A stretch of 64,000 bases of DNA from Candidatus Hydrothermia bacterium (GTDB lineage Bacteria > Hydrothermota > Hydrothermia > UBA1063), in NCBI GenBank assembly GCA_049719805.1, contig JBNARF010000002.1:275495-339494 (forward strand). The letters are read 5' to 3'. A program made the position numbers and the translations under genes. Below the pieces are notes generated by a model. The model was not told the DNA's origin, did no database searches, and saw only the letters and a program-made list of their open reading frames with translations. This document shows, one piece after another, positions 47,264 to 57,866 of this stretch; the stretch's first letter is position 1, and each line of letters opens with the position of its first letter.

Positions 47264-47974
47264 ATGGCAAAACATGGTAAAAGATATTTGATGTTACTGG
47301 AGAAAGTGGACAAAAATAAGGAATACAATCTTGATGAGGCGATTAACAAGATAAAAGAGCTTGCTTCAGCTAAATTTGATGAAACTGTTGAAATTGCTGT
47401 AAAACTTGGCGTGGATCCGAGAAAGGCAGATCAAATGGTGCGCGGTTCTGCTGTATTGCCTGCAGGCCTTGGAAAGACTGTTAGAGTAGCAGTTATCACT
47501 AGGGGTGACGAGGAGAAGGAGGCATTAGAAGCCGGCGCCGATTATGTAGGTTATCAGGATTTAATTGAGAAGATAAAGAATGGATGGCTCGAGTTTGATG
47601 CTTTAGTTGCGACTCCTGATGTAATGCCGGAGCTGGCAAAGCTCGGTAAGATTCTGGGTCCCAGAGGATTGATGCCTTCTCCCAAGACCGGGACTGTCAC
47701 AAAGGAAGTAGGAAAGGTGGTGAAAGAATTAAAGATGGGAAGAGTTGAATTTAAAGTTGATAAGACTGGAAATGTACACGTCCCGGTGGGTAAAGTTTCT
47801 TTCTCGGGAGAAGCACTGAAAGAAAATATTCTTTCCTTCTTCCGTGAACTGATAAACGCTAAACCTAAGACCATGAAGGGTACTTATATTAAACAGGCCT
47901 ATATGACCACTACCATGGGGCCAAGTATAAAATTGAATGTAAATGACATTCTATCGCAGGTGGAGAGGGTATAG
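47264..47974 (+). CDS. rplA: 50S ribosomal protein L1
   Basis: 236 aa; canonical L1 (DETVEIAVKLGVDPRKADQMVRG). Confidence 0.95.
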   Translation: MAKHGKRYLMLLEKVDKNKEYNLDEAINKIKELASAKFDETVEIAVKLGVDPRKADQMVRGSAVLPAGLGKTVRVAVITRGDEEKEALEAGADYVGYQDLIEKIKNGWLEFDALVATPDVMPELAKLGKILGPRGLMPSPKTGTVTKEVGKVVKELKMGRVEFKVDKTGNVHVPVGKVSFSGEALKENILSFFRELINAKPKTMKGTYIKQAYMTTTMGPSIKLNVNDILSQVERV

Positions 47975-47976
47975 CC

Positions 47977-48501
47977 ATGGTTAAACCAGAGAAAATTCAG
48001 TTAGTAAAAGAAATCAAGGAAGATTTGTCCAAGGCCAGGGCCTTCTATTTGTGTGACTTTAGTAAACTTACAGTGGCCGAGATTACCGAACTCAGGAGAA
48101 AGCTCAGAGAAAAAGGTGCAAAGCTAAAAGTTGTAAAGAATACGGCGCTTTACTTTGCTCTTAAAGAGATGAATTACAACGGTATGGAAAATTACCTTGC
48201 AGGACCCACAGCAGTCCTGTATGCCCATCAGGATGAAATAGAACCCTTTAAGGTCGCTTATGAATATTCAAAAGAGATATCAAAACTATCATTCAAAGCT
48301 GGATGGCTTGAAGGAAAGGTTTATGACAATAAGGAACTTGCCCTTCTTGCCACGATGCCGGGCAAGAAAGAACTTCAGGCAAAATTGGTAGGGACATTGA
48401 ATGCCCCTATTTATAAGCTTGTATATGCTTTGAACTGGCCTATACAAGCCCTTGTTTTAACCCTTGAGCAAATTAGAAAACAAAAAGAGGAGGTTATGTA
48501 A
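47977..48501 (+). CDS. rplJ: 50S ribosomal protein L10
   Basis: 174 aa; L10 pattern and conserved position before rplL. Confidence 0.95.
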   Translation: MVKPEKIQLVKEIKEDLSKARAFYLCDFSKLTVAEITELRRKLREKGAKLKVVKNTALYFALKEMNYNGMENYLAGPTAVLYAHQDEIEPFKVAYEYSKEISKLSFKAGWLEGKVYDNKELALLATMPGKKELQAKLVGTLNAPIYKLVYALNWPIQALVLTLEQIRKQKEEVM

Positions 48502-48502
48502 A

Positions 48503-48895
48503 ATGGCAGAGAAGAAAAGTGTTGCTGAAATTGTTGAGATGATCGAATCTCTATCCGTTCTCGAATTGGCTGAACTGGTGAAGGAACTTGAGAATAAGTT
48601 CGGTGTGTCTGCTGCTATGCCCGTTATGGCTGCTGGTATTGCTGCGCCTGGTGCAGCTCCTGCTGCCGCTGCTGTGGAAGAAAAGACAGAATTTGACGTT
48701 ATACTTGTTGATGCTGGTCAGGATAGAATCAATGTTTTGAAAGAAGTAAGAGCTTTAACTGGTCTTGGGCTAAAAGAGGCGAAAGATTTCGTCGATAATT
48801 TACCTAAACCCCTGAAGGAAGGAGTTTCAAAAGAGGAAGCAGAAAAGATCAAACAGCAATTTGAAAAGCTCGGTGCAAAAGTGGAAATAAAATAA
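48503..48895 (+). CDS. rplL: 50S ribosomal protein L7/L12
   Basis: Ala-rich hinge and conserved C-terminal domain ([44 protein letters not shown]); start at ATG 48503 after GAGGAGG (ORF track starts 48464). Confidence 0.95.
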   Translation: MAEKKSVAEIVEMIESLSVLELAELVKELENKFGVSAAMPVMAAGIAAPGAAPAAAAVEEKTEFDVILVDAGQDRINVLKEVRALTGLGLKEAKDFVDNLPKPLKEGVSKEEAEKIKQQFEKLGAKVEIK

Positions 48896-48945
48896 CCTAA
48901 GATAGTCAGAGATTGTTCTCGGCTCAAAAAATAAAGGCTAAAATT

Positions 48946-48959
48946 GGGGCATTTGCCCC
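48946..48959 (+). terminator. Short GC hairpin in the rplL-rpoB spacer, possible attenuator/weak terminator
   Basis: GGGGC-ATTT-GCCCC stem-loop followed by GTTTAGCCATTTT in the only sizeable gap (48896..48997) of the ribosomal/RNAP cluster. Confidence 0.3.
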
Positions 48960-48997
48960 GTTTAGCCATTTTATGAGAAATTTTAAGGAGGTGGGTT

Positions 48998-51900
48998 TTG
49001 TCTATTATGGACAAAATAGTTAGAAAAGGCTATAAGCCTGAAAGATACGAGATGCCCAATCTCCTCTATATTCAGCTGGACTCCTTCAAGAGACTTCTGT
49101 CCGAAGGGGTCCCTAAAGAGGAGAGGCCTCTCGGAAGCCTGGAATATATATTCAAAGAATTTTTCCCGGTAAAGGACAAAAATGAGAAATATCTTCTGGA
49201 ATACATTGATTACTCCATAGTTAAGCCGAGGTTAAACCCCGAAGAATGTAAAGAAAAAAGTTTGACGTATTCTGCTTCCCTTAAGGCTACTTTGAGACTT
49301 TCAAAAAAGGATCCGGTCACAAAAAAGTTTGAAGAGAGTATCGTCCAGGAGGTATATTTAGGCGAAATCCCGTTCATGACAGATAGAGGGACTTTCGTAA
49401 TAAATGGTGTAGAAAGGGTTCTTGTTAGCCAGATCCACAGGTCGCCGGGAGTTTACTATGAAACCGAGGAAAAGGGTACTCTGACTTACAGGGCTCTTCT
49501 TGTTCCTTATCGGGGGCCCTGGGTGGAGTTTAACATTGATGGAAACAAAAATCTAACGGTTACCGTTTCAAAGAGGAGAAAAATACCAGTAACCAGGCTT
49601 CTACGTGTACTTACGGGATGGTCTATCGTTGAAGTTTTTAGACATCTTCTGCCACATGCGGAAATTTCTCTGAGTGAGATTAATGAAAAAGACAGGTATA
49701 TTCTTGCAAAAGATGTGGTAGATTCTAAAACAGGGGAAGTGATTGCTGAGGCTCTCGACGAGCTGGATTCTTCGACAATTAAGAAACTGAAAGAGTTTAA
49801 TGTGAGTCGGGTTAAAGTTTTTGACTTGAATATTCCGGAGGTTAGCATTCTATATACCACGTACAGGCAGGATCGTCTTAAGAATGAGAACATGGCCATT
49901 GAAAATGTTTACAGGAATCTGAAGTATACCACTCCGCCCAGTCTTGAGGAGGCTAAAATCTTCGTTCGTAACTTTTTTATGAGTGAAGCCAGCTTTTATC
50001 TTGGCGAGGTTGGTAGATTTAAACTGAATTTGAGGCTCTATGAAGATCCTGGAAAGAGGTCCGAGCTAAGCTTAACAATAGATGATATTTTAATGATAGT
50101 CAGGAGACTGATAAATCTTTACAAGGGTGAAGAAAAGGAAGATGATGTTGATGATCTTGCCAATAGAAGAGTAAGGAGTGTGGGTGAACTTCTATATGAG
50201 CAAATCAGGTTGGCTTTCCAGAGGCTTCAGAGGAATATTTCGGAAAAGATGCTTTCTATCACAGATGAATCAAGAATCATTCCTAAGAATTTAATTGATC
50301 CAAAGGTTGTAACGAGTACTCTTGTTAATTATTTCACCCGTGAGAGACTCTCTCAGTTTCTTGATCAGACCAACCCCCTTTCAGAACTCACCCATAAGAG
50401 AAGGATATCAGCACTTGGAAAGGGTGGACTCACTAGAGAGACGGCAGGCTTTGAAGTTCGTGACGTACATCCATCGCATTATGGCAGACTTTGCCCTATC
50501 GAAACCCCAGAGGGTCAGAATGTAGGTCTCATTAATTCCCTTACGACTTATGCTATGGTTGACAGCCTTGGCTTTATAAGAACTCCTTTAAGAGTGGTTA
50601 GAGATGGTTATGTGACTCCAGAGATTGTGGAAGTTAGTCCTATTGAGGAGGAGAATGCTTATATTGCATCTGCTGACACCGAATATGATCCTGAAACAGG
50701 CTTAATTAAAGATGAAAAGGTCTGGGTTAGAGCTAAGAATGGCTATCCTTTGGTCAGAAGGGAAGAAGTAAACTATATTGACGTGTCCCCAAGACAGGTG
50801 GTTTCCCCGTCTGCTTCCTTAATTCCTTTCTTAGAACACGACGACGCTCTTAGAGCTTTAATGGGTTGTAACATGCAGAGACAGGCTGTACCCCTTATTG
50901 ATCCAGAACCTCCTATTGTAGGTACTGGTATGGAAGGAAAGATAGCAAGAGATTCTGGAGCTCTGCTCCTTGCAAGAAGTAACGGTACTGTTGTTTATGT
51001 AGATGCAAACAGAATAGTCATAAGGGTTGCGAAGCGGGGCAAGAAAATTTCCAAGTTTGAGGAAGAGCTTGATGAGTACGATCTTGTGAAGTTTAGAAGG
51101 TCTAATCAGAATACTCTTATTAATATGAGGCCGATAGTTAAGGTAGGCGATAAAGTGAAAGCCGGCGATGTTATTGCAGACGCCTCTGCCACCAAAAATG
51201 GCGAGCTTGCGTTGGGGAAAAATGTACTTGTGGCGTTTGTTCCCTGGTATGGTTATAACTACGAAGATGCCATTGTGGTTTCAGAGAACATCTTGAAGGA
51301 CGATACTTTTACATCTATCCATATTCTCGAATATGAAGTGGAAGTTAGGGAAACAGCTTTGGGGCCTGAGGAAGTTACGGTGGATATTCCTGGTGTAAGA
51401 GACGAGGATATTAAAAATCTCGACCACTTCGGGATTATCAGGATTGGTTCTGAGGTAAAACCCAAAGATATCCTCGTTGGAAAAGTGACTCCTAAGGGTG
51501 AAGAAGAAGAAGCATCCCCGGAGAAGAAGCTTTTAATGGCCATTACTGGAAGGAAATGGGATGTAAGGGACACATCAAAGCGAGTTCCACCCGGGGTTTC
51601 TGGTTACGTTGTTGACGTGGTGATTTTGACAAGAACGAAGAATGATCCTCTTTCTCTTAGTGTTATAAAAGAAAGAAAGGAAAAAGCCGAAAGAAGAGCT
51701 GAAGAGGAAAAGAGGATGGTGAGAAATAGGCTTAGAGAGTTTATTGCAGAAGCGTTAATAGGCCACACACTCCTTGATGACCTGAGGACAAAGGATGGAA
51801 AGATTGTACTTGAAAAAGGAACGGTAATTACTGAGGAAATTCTAAGGGATTTGGTGGTTAATAAAGGTATTGATATATCCAGGCTTGACTACGAAAAACC

Positions 51901-52801
51901 GGTTGTAGAGGCTGAAATTCAAGAAAAGATTAATAATCTCATAGCTGATGCTCAAAGAAGGGAGAAGGAAATAAATGAAAGGCTTATGCAAAAATTTGAA
52001 GAAATCGAGAGGGGCGACGAATTACCTCCAGGAGTGAATCAGCTAATTAAAGTGTATCTTGCTCAGAAAAGGAAACTTCAGGTGGGTGATAAGATTACTG
52101 GAAGGCATGGAAATAAAGGTGTGGTGGCTAAGATTGCTCCCGTAGAAGATATGCCTTTCCTCGAGGATGGAACACCTATTGACATTGTTTTGAGTCCACT
52201 TGGTGTCCCCTCTCGTATGAATGTTGGTCAAATTCTTGAGACTATTCTGGGATGGGCAGGTAAGGTCAAAGGCGAATATTATGCCTGTCCTGTGTTCGAA
52301 GGTATGACTATTGAAGAAATTGAAGAAGAAATGAGGTCTGCAGGACTTACATTTCCAGGAAAGGTTAAACTAAGAGACGGTCATACAGGCGAATACTTCG
52401 ATTATCCGGTAACTGTTGGCTATATGTACATAATTAAACTCATTCACATGGTAGACGACAAGGTCCATGCAAGATCAATAGGACCATACTCATCGATTAC
52501 TCAACAACCTGTTGGTGGAAAATCTCATTTTGGTGGTCAAAGATTTGGCGAAATGGAGGTCTGGGCTCTTGAAGCTCATGGCGCAGCGTATACTCTGCAG
52601 GAAATTCTAACTATTAAGTCAGACGATATAGAGGGAAGAAACGTGCTTTATAAAGATTTACAATACGGACGCAGGCCCAAAGAACCGGGTTTGCCAGCTT
52701 CCTTCGATGTGCTGGTGAATCACCTAAGGGGACTTTGCCTTGATGTGGAGCTTAAAACATATGAGGGAAAACCAAAACAAATTTTAACAGAAAAACAGTA
52801 A
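48998..52801 (+). CDS. rpoB: DNA-directed RNA polymerase subunit beta
   Basis: 1267 aa; canonical RpoB motifs; apparent TTG start at 48998, 6 nt after AAGGAGGTG (alternative ATG at 49007). Confidence 0.97.
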   Translation: MSIMDKIVRKGYKPERYEMPNLLYIQLDSFKRLLSEGVPKEERPLGSLEYIFKEFFPVKDKNEKYLLEYIDYSIVKPRLNPEECKEKSLTYSASLKATLRLSKKDPVTKKFEESIVQEVYLGEIPFMTDRGTFVINGVERVLVSQIHRSPGVYYETEEKGTLTYRALLVPYRGPWVEFNIDGNKNLTVTVSKRRKIPVTRLLRVLTGWSIVEVFRHLLPHAEISLSEINEKDRYILAKDVVDSKTGEVIAEALDELDSSTIKKLKEFNVSRVKVFDLNIPEVSILYTTYRQDRLKNENMAIENVYRNLKYTTPPSLEEAKIFVRNFFMSEASFYLGEVGRFKLNLRLYEDPGKRSELSLTIDDILMIVRRLINLYKGEEKEDDVDDLANRRVRSVGELLYEQIRLAFQRLQRNISEKMLSITDESRIIPKNLIDPKVVTSTLVNYFTRERLSQFLDQTNPLSELTHKRRISALGKGGLTRETAGFEVRDVHPSHYGRLCPIETPEGQNVGLINSLTTYAMVDSLGFIRTPLRVVRDGYVTPEIVEVSPIEEENAYIASADTEYDPETGLIKDEKVWVRAKNGYPLVRREEVNYIDVSPRQVVSPSASLIPFLEHDDALRALMGCNMQRQAVPLIDPEPPIVGTGMEGKIARDSGALLLARSNGTVVYVDANRIVIRVAKRGKKISKFEEELDEYDLVKFRRSNQNTLINMRPIVKVGDKVKAGDVIADASATKNGELALGKNVLVAFVPWYGYNYEDAIVVSENILKDDTFTSIHILEYEVEVRETALGPEEVTVDIPGVRDEDIKNLDHFGIIRIGSEVKPKDILVGKVTPKGEEEEASPEKKLLMAITGRKWDVRDTSKRVPPGVSGYVVDVVILTRTKNDPLSLSVIKERKEKAERRAEEEKRMVRNRLREFIAEALIGHTLLDDLRTKDGKIVLEKGTVITEEILRDLVVNKGIDISRLDYEKPVVEAEIQEKINNLIADAQRREKEINERLMQKFEEIERGDELPPGVNQLIKVYLAQKRKLQVGDKITGRHGNKGVVAKIAPVEDMPFLEDGTPIDIVLSPLGVPSRMNVGQILETILGWAGKVKGEYYACPVFEGMTIEEIEEEMRSAGLTFPGKVKLRDGHTGEYFDYPVTVGYMYIIKLIHMVDDKVHARSIGPYSSITQQPVGGKSHFGGQRFGEMEVWALEAHGAAYTLQEILTIKSDDIEGRNVLYKDLQYGRRPKEPGLPASFDVLVNHLRGLCLDVELKTYEGKPKQILTEKQ

Positions 52802-52811
52802 GAGGGAGAAT

Positions 52812-55800
52812 ATGGCAAGACTTTCACCAAAAGATTTATATTCCATAAAAATAAGAATAGCTTCACCTGAGGCCATAAGAAGCTGGTCTCATGGTGAAGT
52901 AAAAAGTCCTGAGACCATTAATTACAGGACTCAAAGACCTGAACCAGGCGGACTCTTCTGCGAGAGAATTTTCGGACCGATACAGGACTACAAGTGTGCA
53001 TGTGGAAGATATTCTGGCAGGAAGTTCAAAGGAACGAAGTGCCCTCATTGTGGTGTGGAAGTACTACCCAAGAAGGTTAGAAGGGAACGCATGGGCCATA
53101 TTGAGCTTGCTGTACCTGTAGGTCACATCTGGTTTTACAAGGCTACTCCATCCCCTATTGGAATTCTTTTAGATCTGAGCGTAAAGGATCTTGAAAGAGT
53201 TGTCTATTATGATGCTTATATTGTTACTAAGGTCTCTGAGGATGTTGCTAAGAAGGAAAAAGACCTTCGCGTAGGCAAAGTACTGAGCGTTTCAGAATAC
53301 ATTCACTTCAAGGAAATTTACGGGAATCAGTTTGAAGCTGAAATGGGTGCCCCTGGCCTTAAGAAGATTCTTGCGAGCTTAAATCTTGAAGACCTGAGAA
53401 ACGAGTTAAGGGTCAAAATTAAGGCTGAACAATCACCTATTAAGAGAGCTAAATTCCTCAAGAAATATAAAATTGTTGAGGCTCTCTTAAATTCAAAAAC
53501 AAGGCCAGAGTGGATGATATTAGAGGTTCTTCCTGTTATTCCCCCGGATCTACGTCCCATAGTTTTCCTTGAAAATGGGCAGATTGCTACTACCGAAATA
53601 AATCAGCTTTACCGAAGAGTAATAATGAGGAACAACAGGTTAAAACTCCTTAAAGAGCAAGGTGCTCCTGAAATCCTTATAAATAACGAAAAAAGGATGT
53701 TACAGGAAGCTGTTGAGGCACTTCTGGACAACTCTAAGAGGAGACGTCCGGTAACCTCACAGAAAGGAGGTAGGAAGCTTAAGTCTATATCCGATGTTTT
53801 GAGAGGCAAAAAAGGCCTTCTGAGAAGGAATCTTCTGGGAAAAAGAGTTGACTATTCAGGCCGCTCTGTTATTGTAGTGGCTCCCGAACTTAAACTCAAT
53901 CAAGTTGCTTTGCCTAAAGAGATGGCTCTTGAACTCTTCAGGCCCATGGTGGAACATGAACTTAAAGAGTCCGGAATTGCAAGTACCCTGAAAGAAGCCG
54001 AGGCTAAATTGAGACAAAGGGATCCAGCTATATGGGACATGTTGGAGAGGATTATCAAGGATCATCCTGTACTTTTAAACCGTGCACCCACCTTACACAG
54101 GGTATCTATTCAAGCTTTTGAACCTGTCCTTTGGGATAACAAGGCCATAGGGTTACATCCCCTCGTTTGTTCGGCGTACAATGCTGACTTTGATGGAGAT
54201 ACCATGAGTGTTTATGTTCCTATTTCTTACGAGGCACAGCTTGAAAGCTACGCACTGTTGATTTCAATTAACAACATCCTCTCCCCAGCTCATGGTGGAC
54301 CTCTTGCTGCTCCAACTAGAGATATAGTTCTTGGCATTAATTACCTAACCAAATTTTTGCCAGGTGAAAAAGGTGAGGGTAAAATTTTTAGCTCTACTTC
54401 TGAAGCCGTTTTGGCCTTCGAGAACGGAATCGTTGGATTAAGGGCTAAGATCAAAGTACTTCTTAACAATGAATTAGTAGATACATCTGTAGGAAGGATT
54501 ATATTTAACGAAGTGCTTCCTGAGGAGCTTAGATTTATTAACAAAGAAATGAAAAAGAACGAGCTTTCGGACATTGTTTTGCAGGTACATTACAAATATG
54601 GACCGGCTAAAACTGCGGAGCTTCTGGATGCTCTTAAAGAACTCGGTTTCCGTTACTCTACGATTTCCGGTATAACTTTTGGTTTAGATGACATGGTTAT
54701 TCCGGAGAAGAAAAAAGAAATTGTGGAAAGAGCGAAAAAAGACGCTGAAAGGTTTGAGAAAGCCTTTGAGAGAGGAATAATGTCAGCAAGAGAGAAGTAT
54801 CAGAATGTACTTGATATCTGGACCTGGGCTACAGAAAGAGTTAAGAGAGAAATGCTGGATTTAATGTCAAAGGACAAAGACGGATTTAATCCCATTTATT
54901 TGATGCTTACTTCTGGTGCAAGGGGAAATGAAGACCAGGTGAAACAGCTTGCGGGAATGAGAGGACTGATGGCTAGGCCGGGTAAGGGAAAAGAGGCTGG
55001 TGAGTTGATCGAAAATCCTATTATTTCTAATTTTAAGGAAGGTTTGAGAGTATTAGAATACTTTATATCAACCCACGGCTCTAGAAAAGGGCTTTCAGAT
55101 ACTGCTTTGAAGACTGCCGATGCTGGTTACCTCACGAGAAGATTGGTGGATGTGGCTCACAATATCGTGATTAAAGAAGAGGATTGTGGTACTTTAACGG
55201 GTAGAAAATTAACGGCTCTAACGGATGGTGAAAAGGTCATAAAGCCCCTCTCTGAAAGAATTGTTGGCAGAATAGCCGTAAATGATATATATCATCCTCT
55301 TACAGGTGAACTTTTAGTTGAAGAAGGAAAGGAAATAACCGAAGAGATGGCTAAGAGAATCGAAGAGAGCGGAATTGCTGAGGTAGAAGTTCGTTCAGTG
55401 TTAAGATGTAGATCAAAGAAAGGCGTATGTGCTAAATGTTATGGTCGCAATCTTGCAACGGGTAAACTTGTGGAAGTAGGAGAGGCCGTAGGAGTTATGG
55501 CAGCGCAATCTATTGGAGAACCAGGTACTCAGCTGACCTTAAGAACTTTCCATACAGGTGGCACTGCGGAAAGGATTACTGAAGCATCTTACTATGAAGC
55601 ACCTTTTGATGGCATCATAATTTACGATAATGTGAAAACTGTTGAAAATCCACATGAAGGCCTGATAAATGTAAGTAGGAAGGCTAATTTGATCCTTAGA
55701 ACTGTCGATGGAAACTATGAGAGAAAATACTCGGTACCATATGGTGCTAAATTGGTGGTTAAGGATACCGCTGGGAATGTCATTGGGGCTACAACAAATG

Positions 55801-56918
55801 GAATTGAGGTTAGGAGAGGGTATCGTTTCTGCGAGTGGGAACCTTACAGCTTGCCGATATTGTCAACTTCAAGAGGAAAAGTACAATTCATTGATCTTGT
55901 GCCTGATATTACTTTGAAAGAAGTAATTCTCGCAACGGGTAAGATTGAAAGAGTAGTTGAGCTGGACAGAGATAGGAAATTATTCCCAAGGCTGAGGGTT
56001 GTAGATCCCGAAAGTGGTGAAGTTATTGAAGAAATAATGCTTGTAAAAGAATCTACCCTGATTGTATATGACGGTGATCAAGTTGAGCCTGGTACGGTTT
56101 TGGCTAAGGTTCCAAAAAGCTCTGTCAAGACGAGAGATATTACCGGTGGTCTTCCTCAGGTAGAAGACTATTTTGAAGCAAGAGTTCCAAAGGACAAAGC
56201 ATTACTTGCTGAAATCAGCGGGACTGTCGAGGTAAAATTCGTGATGGAAGGCAGAGAAAAAGGTATAAGGATCATAATTCACGCTGATTCGGGTGATAAG
56301 AGAGAATATATGGTGCCATACGGAAAGTATCTCCATGTTGGAGATGGAGATAGAATTGAAGCCGGCGAACCTATTACTGAAGGCCCTATCGATCCTCATG
56401 ACATTTTAAGAATTAAAGGTATAGACGCAGTACAAGAATTCCTCTTAGATAAAATTCTTGAGGTATACAGATTATCGGGTGTAAAAATAGACGACAAACA
56501 TGTTGAAATTATCGTCAGGCAGATGTTGAGAAAGGTTAAGATTAAAGATGCAGGTGACACAAGAAATCTTGTTGAGGGTGATATAGTTGATATCAGTGTT
56601 GTAGAAGAAGAGAATCAAGCGGTAAGAGAAAAAGGTGGAAGACCGGCTACTTACGAATTCCAGCTTCTCGGCATTACCAGGGCTGCCCTTGCTGCTGAAA
56701 GCTTCCTGTCCGCCGCATCGTTCCAGGAAACTACTAAAGTGCTAACAGAAGCCGCTATTGCTGGTCGTGAAGATAGGCTTGAAGGTCTAAAAGAGAATGT
56801 TATCATTGGTAACCTTATCCCTACAGGTACAGGCTTCAAAAAGTATAGAAACATTGTAGTTGAGGGTGAAATTGAGACAGTTGAAAGCGAAGAGGAGGAA
56901 GAATCTTCAGAAGCATAA
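52812..56918 (+). CDS. rpoC: DNA-directed RNA polymerase subunit beta'
   Basis: 1368 aa; zinc-binding CxxC motifs near the N-terminus, catalytic NADFDGD motif. Confidence 0.97.
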   Translation: MARLSPKDLYSIKIRIASPEAIRSWSHGEVKSPETINYRTQRPEPGGLFCERIFGPIQDYKCACGRYSGRKFKGTKCPHCGVEVLPKKVRRERMGHIELAVPVGHIWFYKATPSPIGILLDLSVKDLERVVYYDAYIVTKVSEDVAKKEKDLRVGKVLSVSEYIHFKEIYGNQFEAEMGAPGLKKILASLNLEDLRNELRVKIKAEQSPIKRAKFLKKYKIVEALLNSKTRPEWMILEVLPVIPPDLRPIVFLENGQIATTEINQLYRRVIMRNNRLKLLKEQGAPEILINNEKRMLQEAVEALLDNSKRRRPVTSQKGGRKLKSISDVLRGKKGLLRRNLLGKRVDYSGRSVIVVAPELKLNQVALPKEMALELFRPMVEHELKESGIASTLKEAEAKLRQRDPAIWDMLERIIKDHPVLLNRAPTLHRVSIQAFEPVLWDNKAIGLHPLVCSAYNADFDGDTMSVYVPISYEAQLESYALLISINNILSPAHGGPLAAPTRDIVLGINYLTKFLPGEKGEGKIFSSTSEAVLAFENGIVGLRAKIKVLLNNELVDTSVGRIIFNEVLPEELRFINKEMKKNELSDIVLQVHYKYGPAKTAELLDALKELGFRYSTISGITFGLDDMVIPEKKKEIVERAKKDAERFEKAFERGIMSAREKYQNVLDIWTWATERVKREMLDLMSKDKDGFNPIYLMLTSGARGNEDQVKQLAGMRGLMARPGKGKEAGELIENPIISNFKEGLRVLEYFISTHGSRKGLSDTALKTADAGYLTRRLVDVAHNIVIKEEDCGTLTGRKLTALTDGEKVIKPLSERIVGRIAVNDIYHPLTGELLVEEGKEITEEMAKRIEESGIAEVEVRSVLRCRSKKGVCAKCYGRNLATGKLVEVGEAVGVMAAQSIGEPGTQLTLRTFHTGGTAERITEASYYEAPFDGIIIYDNVKTVENPHEGLINVSRKANLILRTVDGNYERKYSVPYGAKLVVKDTAGNVIGATTNGIEVRRGYRFCEWEPYSLPILSTSRGKVQFIDLVPDITLKEVILATGKIERVVELDRDRKLFPRLRVVDPESGEVIEEIMLVKESTLIVYDGDQVEPGTVLAKVPKSSVKTRDITGGLPQVEDYFEARVPKDKALLAEISGTVEVKFVMEGREKGIRIIIHADSGDKREYMVPYGKYLHVGDGDRIEAGEPITEGPIDPHDILRIKGIDAVQEFLLDKILEVYRLSGVKIDDKHVEIIVRQMLRKVKIKDAGDTRNLVEGDIVDISVVEEENQAVREKGGRPATYEFQLLGITRAALAAESFLSAASFQETTKVLTEAAIAGREDRLEGLKENVIIGNLIPTGTGFKKYRNIVVEGEIETVESEEEEESSEA

Positions 56919-56945
56919 ATTTTTATAATAAGAATTCAATAAATA

Positions 56946-56974
56946 TTGAACGTTTAATAAGTTTGCTGTAAAAT
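56946..56974 (+). promoter_or_regulatory. Putative sigma70-type promoter upstream of rpsL
   Basis: -35 TTGAAC (56946..56951), 17-nt spacer, -10 TAAAAT (56969..56974), ~30 nt upstream of the rpsL ATG with a G-rich RBS (AAAGGGGGAAG) between. Confidence 0.45.
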
Positions 56975-57005
56975 TTCCTACTGATTTTTTAAAGGGGGAA
57001 GTATT

Positions 57006-57380
57006 ATGCCAACAATTAATCAACTTGTTAAAAATGAGAGAAAGCCGAAAAGAAAAAAGTCCAAAGCGCCGGCTTTGGATAGTTGCCCTCAAAAAAGAGG
57101 TGTTTGTATCAGGGTGTACACAACTACGCCCAAAAAACCTAACTCGGCTTTAAGAAAGGTGGCTAAAGTTCGTTTATCTAATGGAAAAGAGGTTATTGCA
57201 TATATTCCTGGCGAAGGACATAATCTGCAGGAACACTCCATAGTACTCGTGAGAGGTGGAAGAGTTAAGGACCTTCCTGGTGTTAAATATCACATTATTA
57301 GAGGAAAATATGATGCTGCCGGTGTTGAGGGAAGGAAGAACTCTAGGTCTCTTTACGGTACTAAAAAGCCAAAGAAATAA
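57006..57380 (+). CDS. rpsL: 30S ribosomal protein S12
   Basis: 124 aa; canonical S12 (PTINQLVK..., [12 protein letters not shown]). Confidence 0.97.
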   Translation: MPTINQLVKNERKPKRKKSKAPALDSCPQKRGVCIRVYTTTPKKPNSALRKVAKVRLSNGKEVIAYIPGEGHNLQEHSIVLVRGGRVKDLPGVKYHIIRGKYDAAGVEGRKNSRSLYGTKKPKK

Positions 57381-57389
57381 TGGAGGTAG

Positions 57390-57863
<474 letters not shown>

Positions 57864-57866
57864 ACT

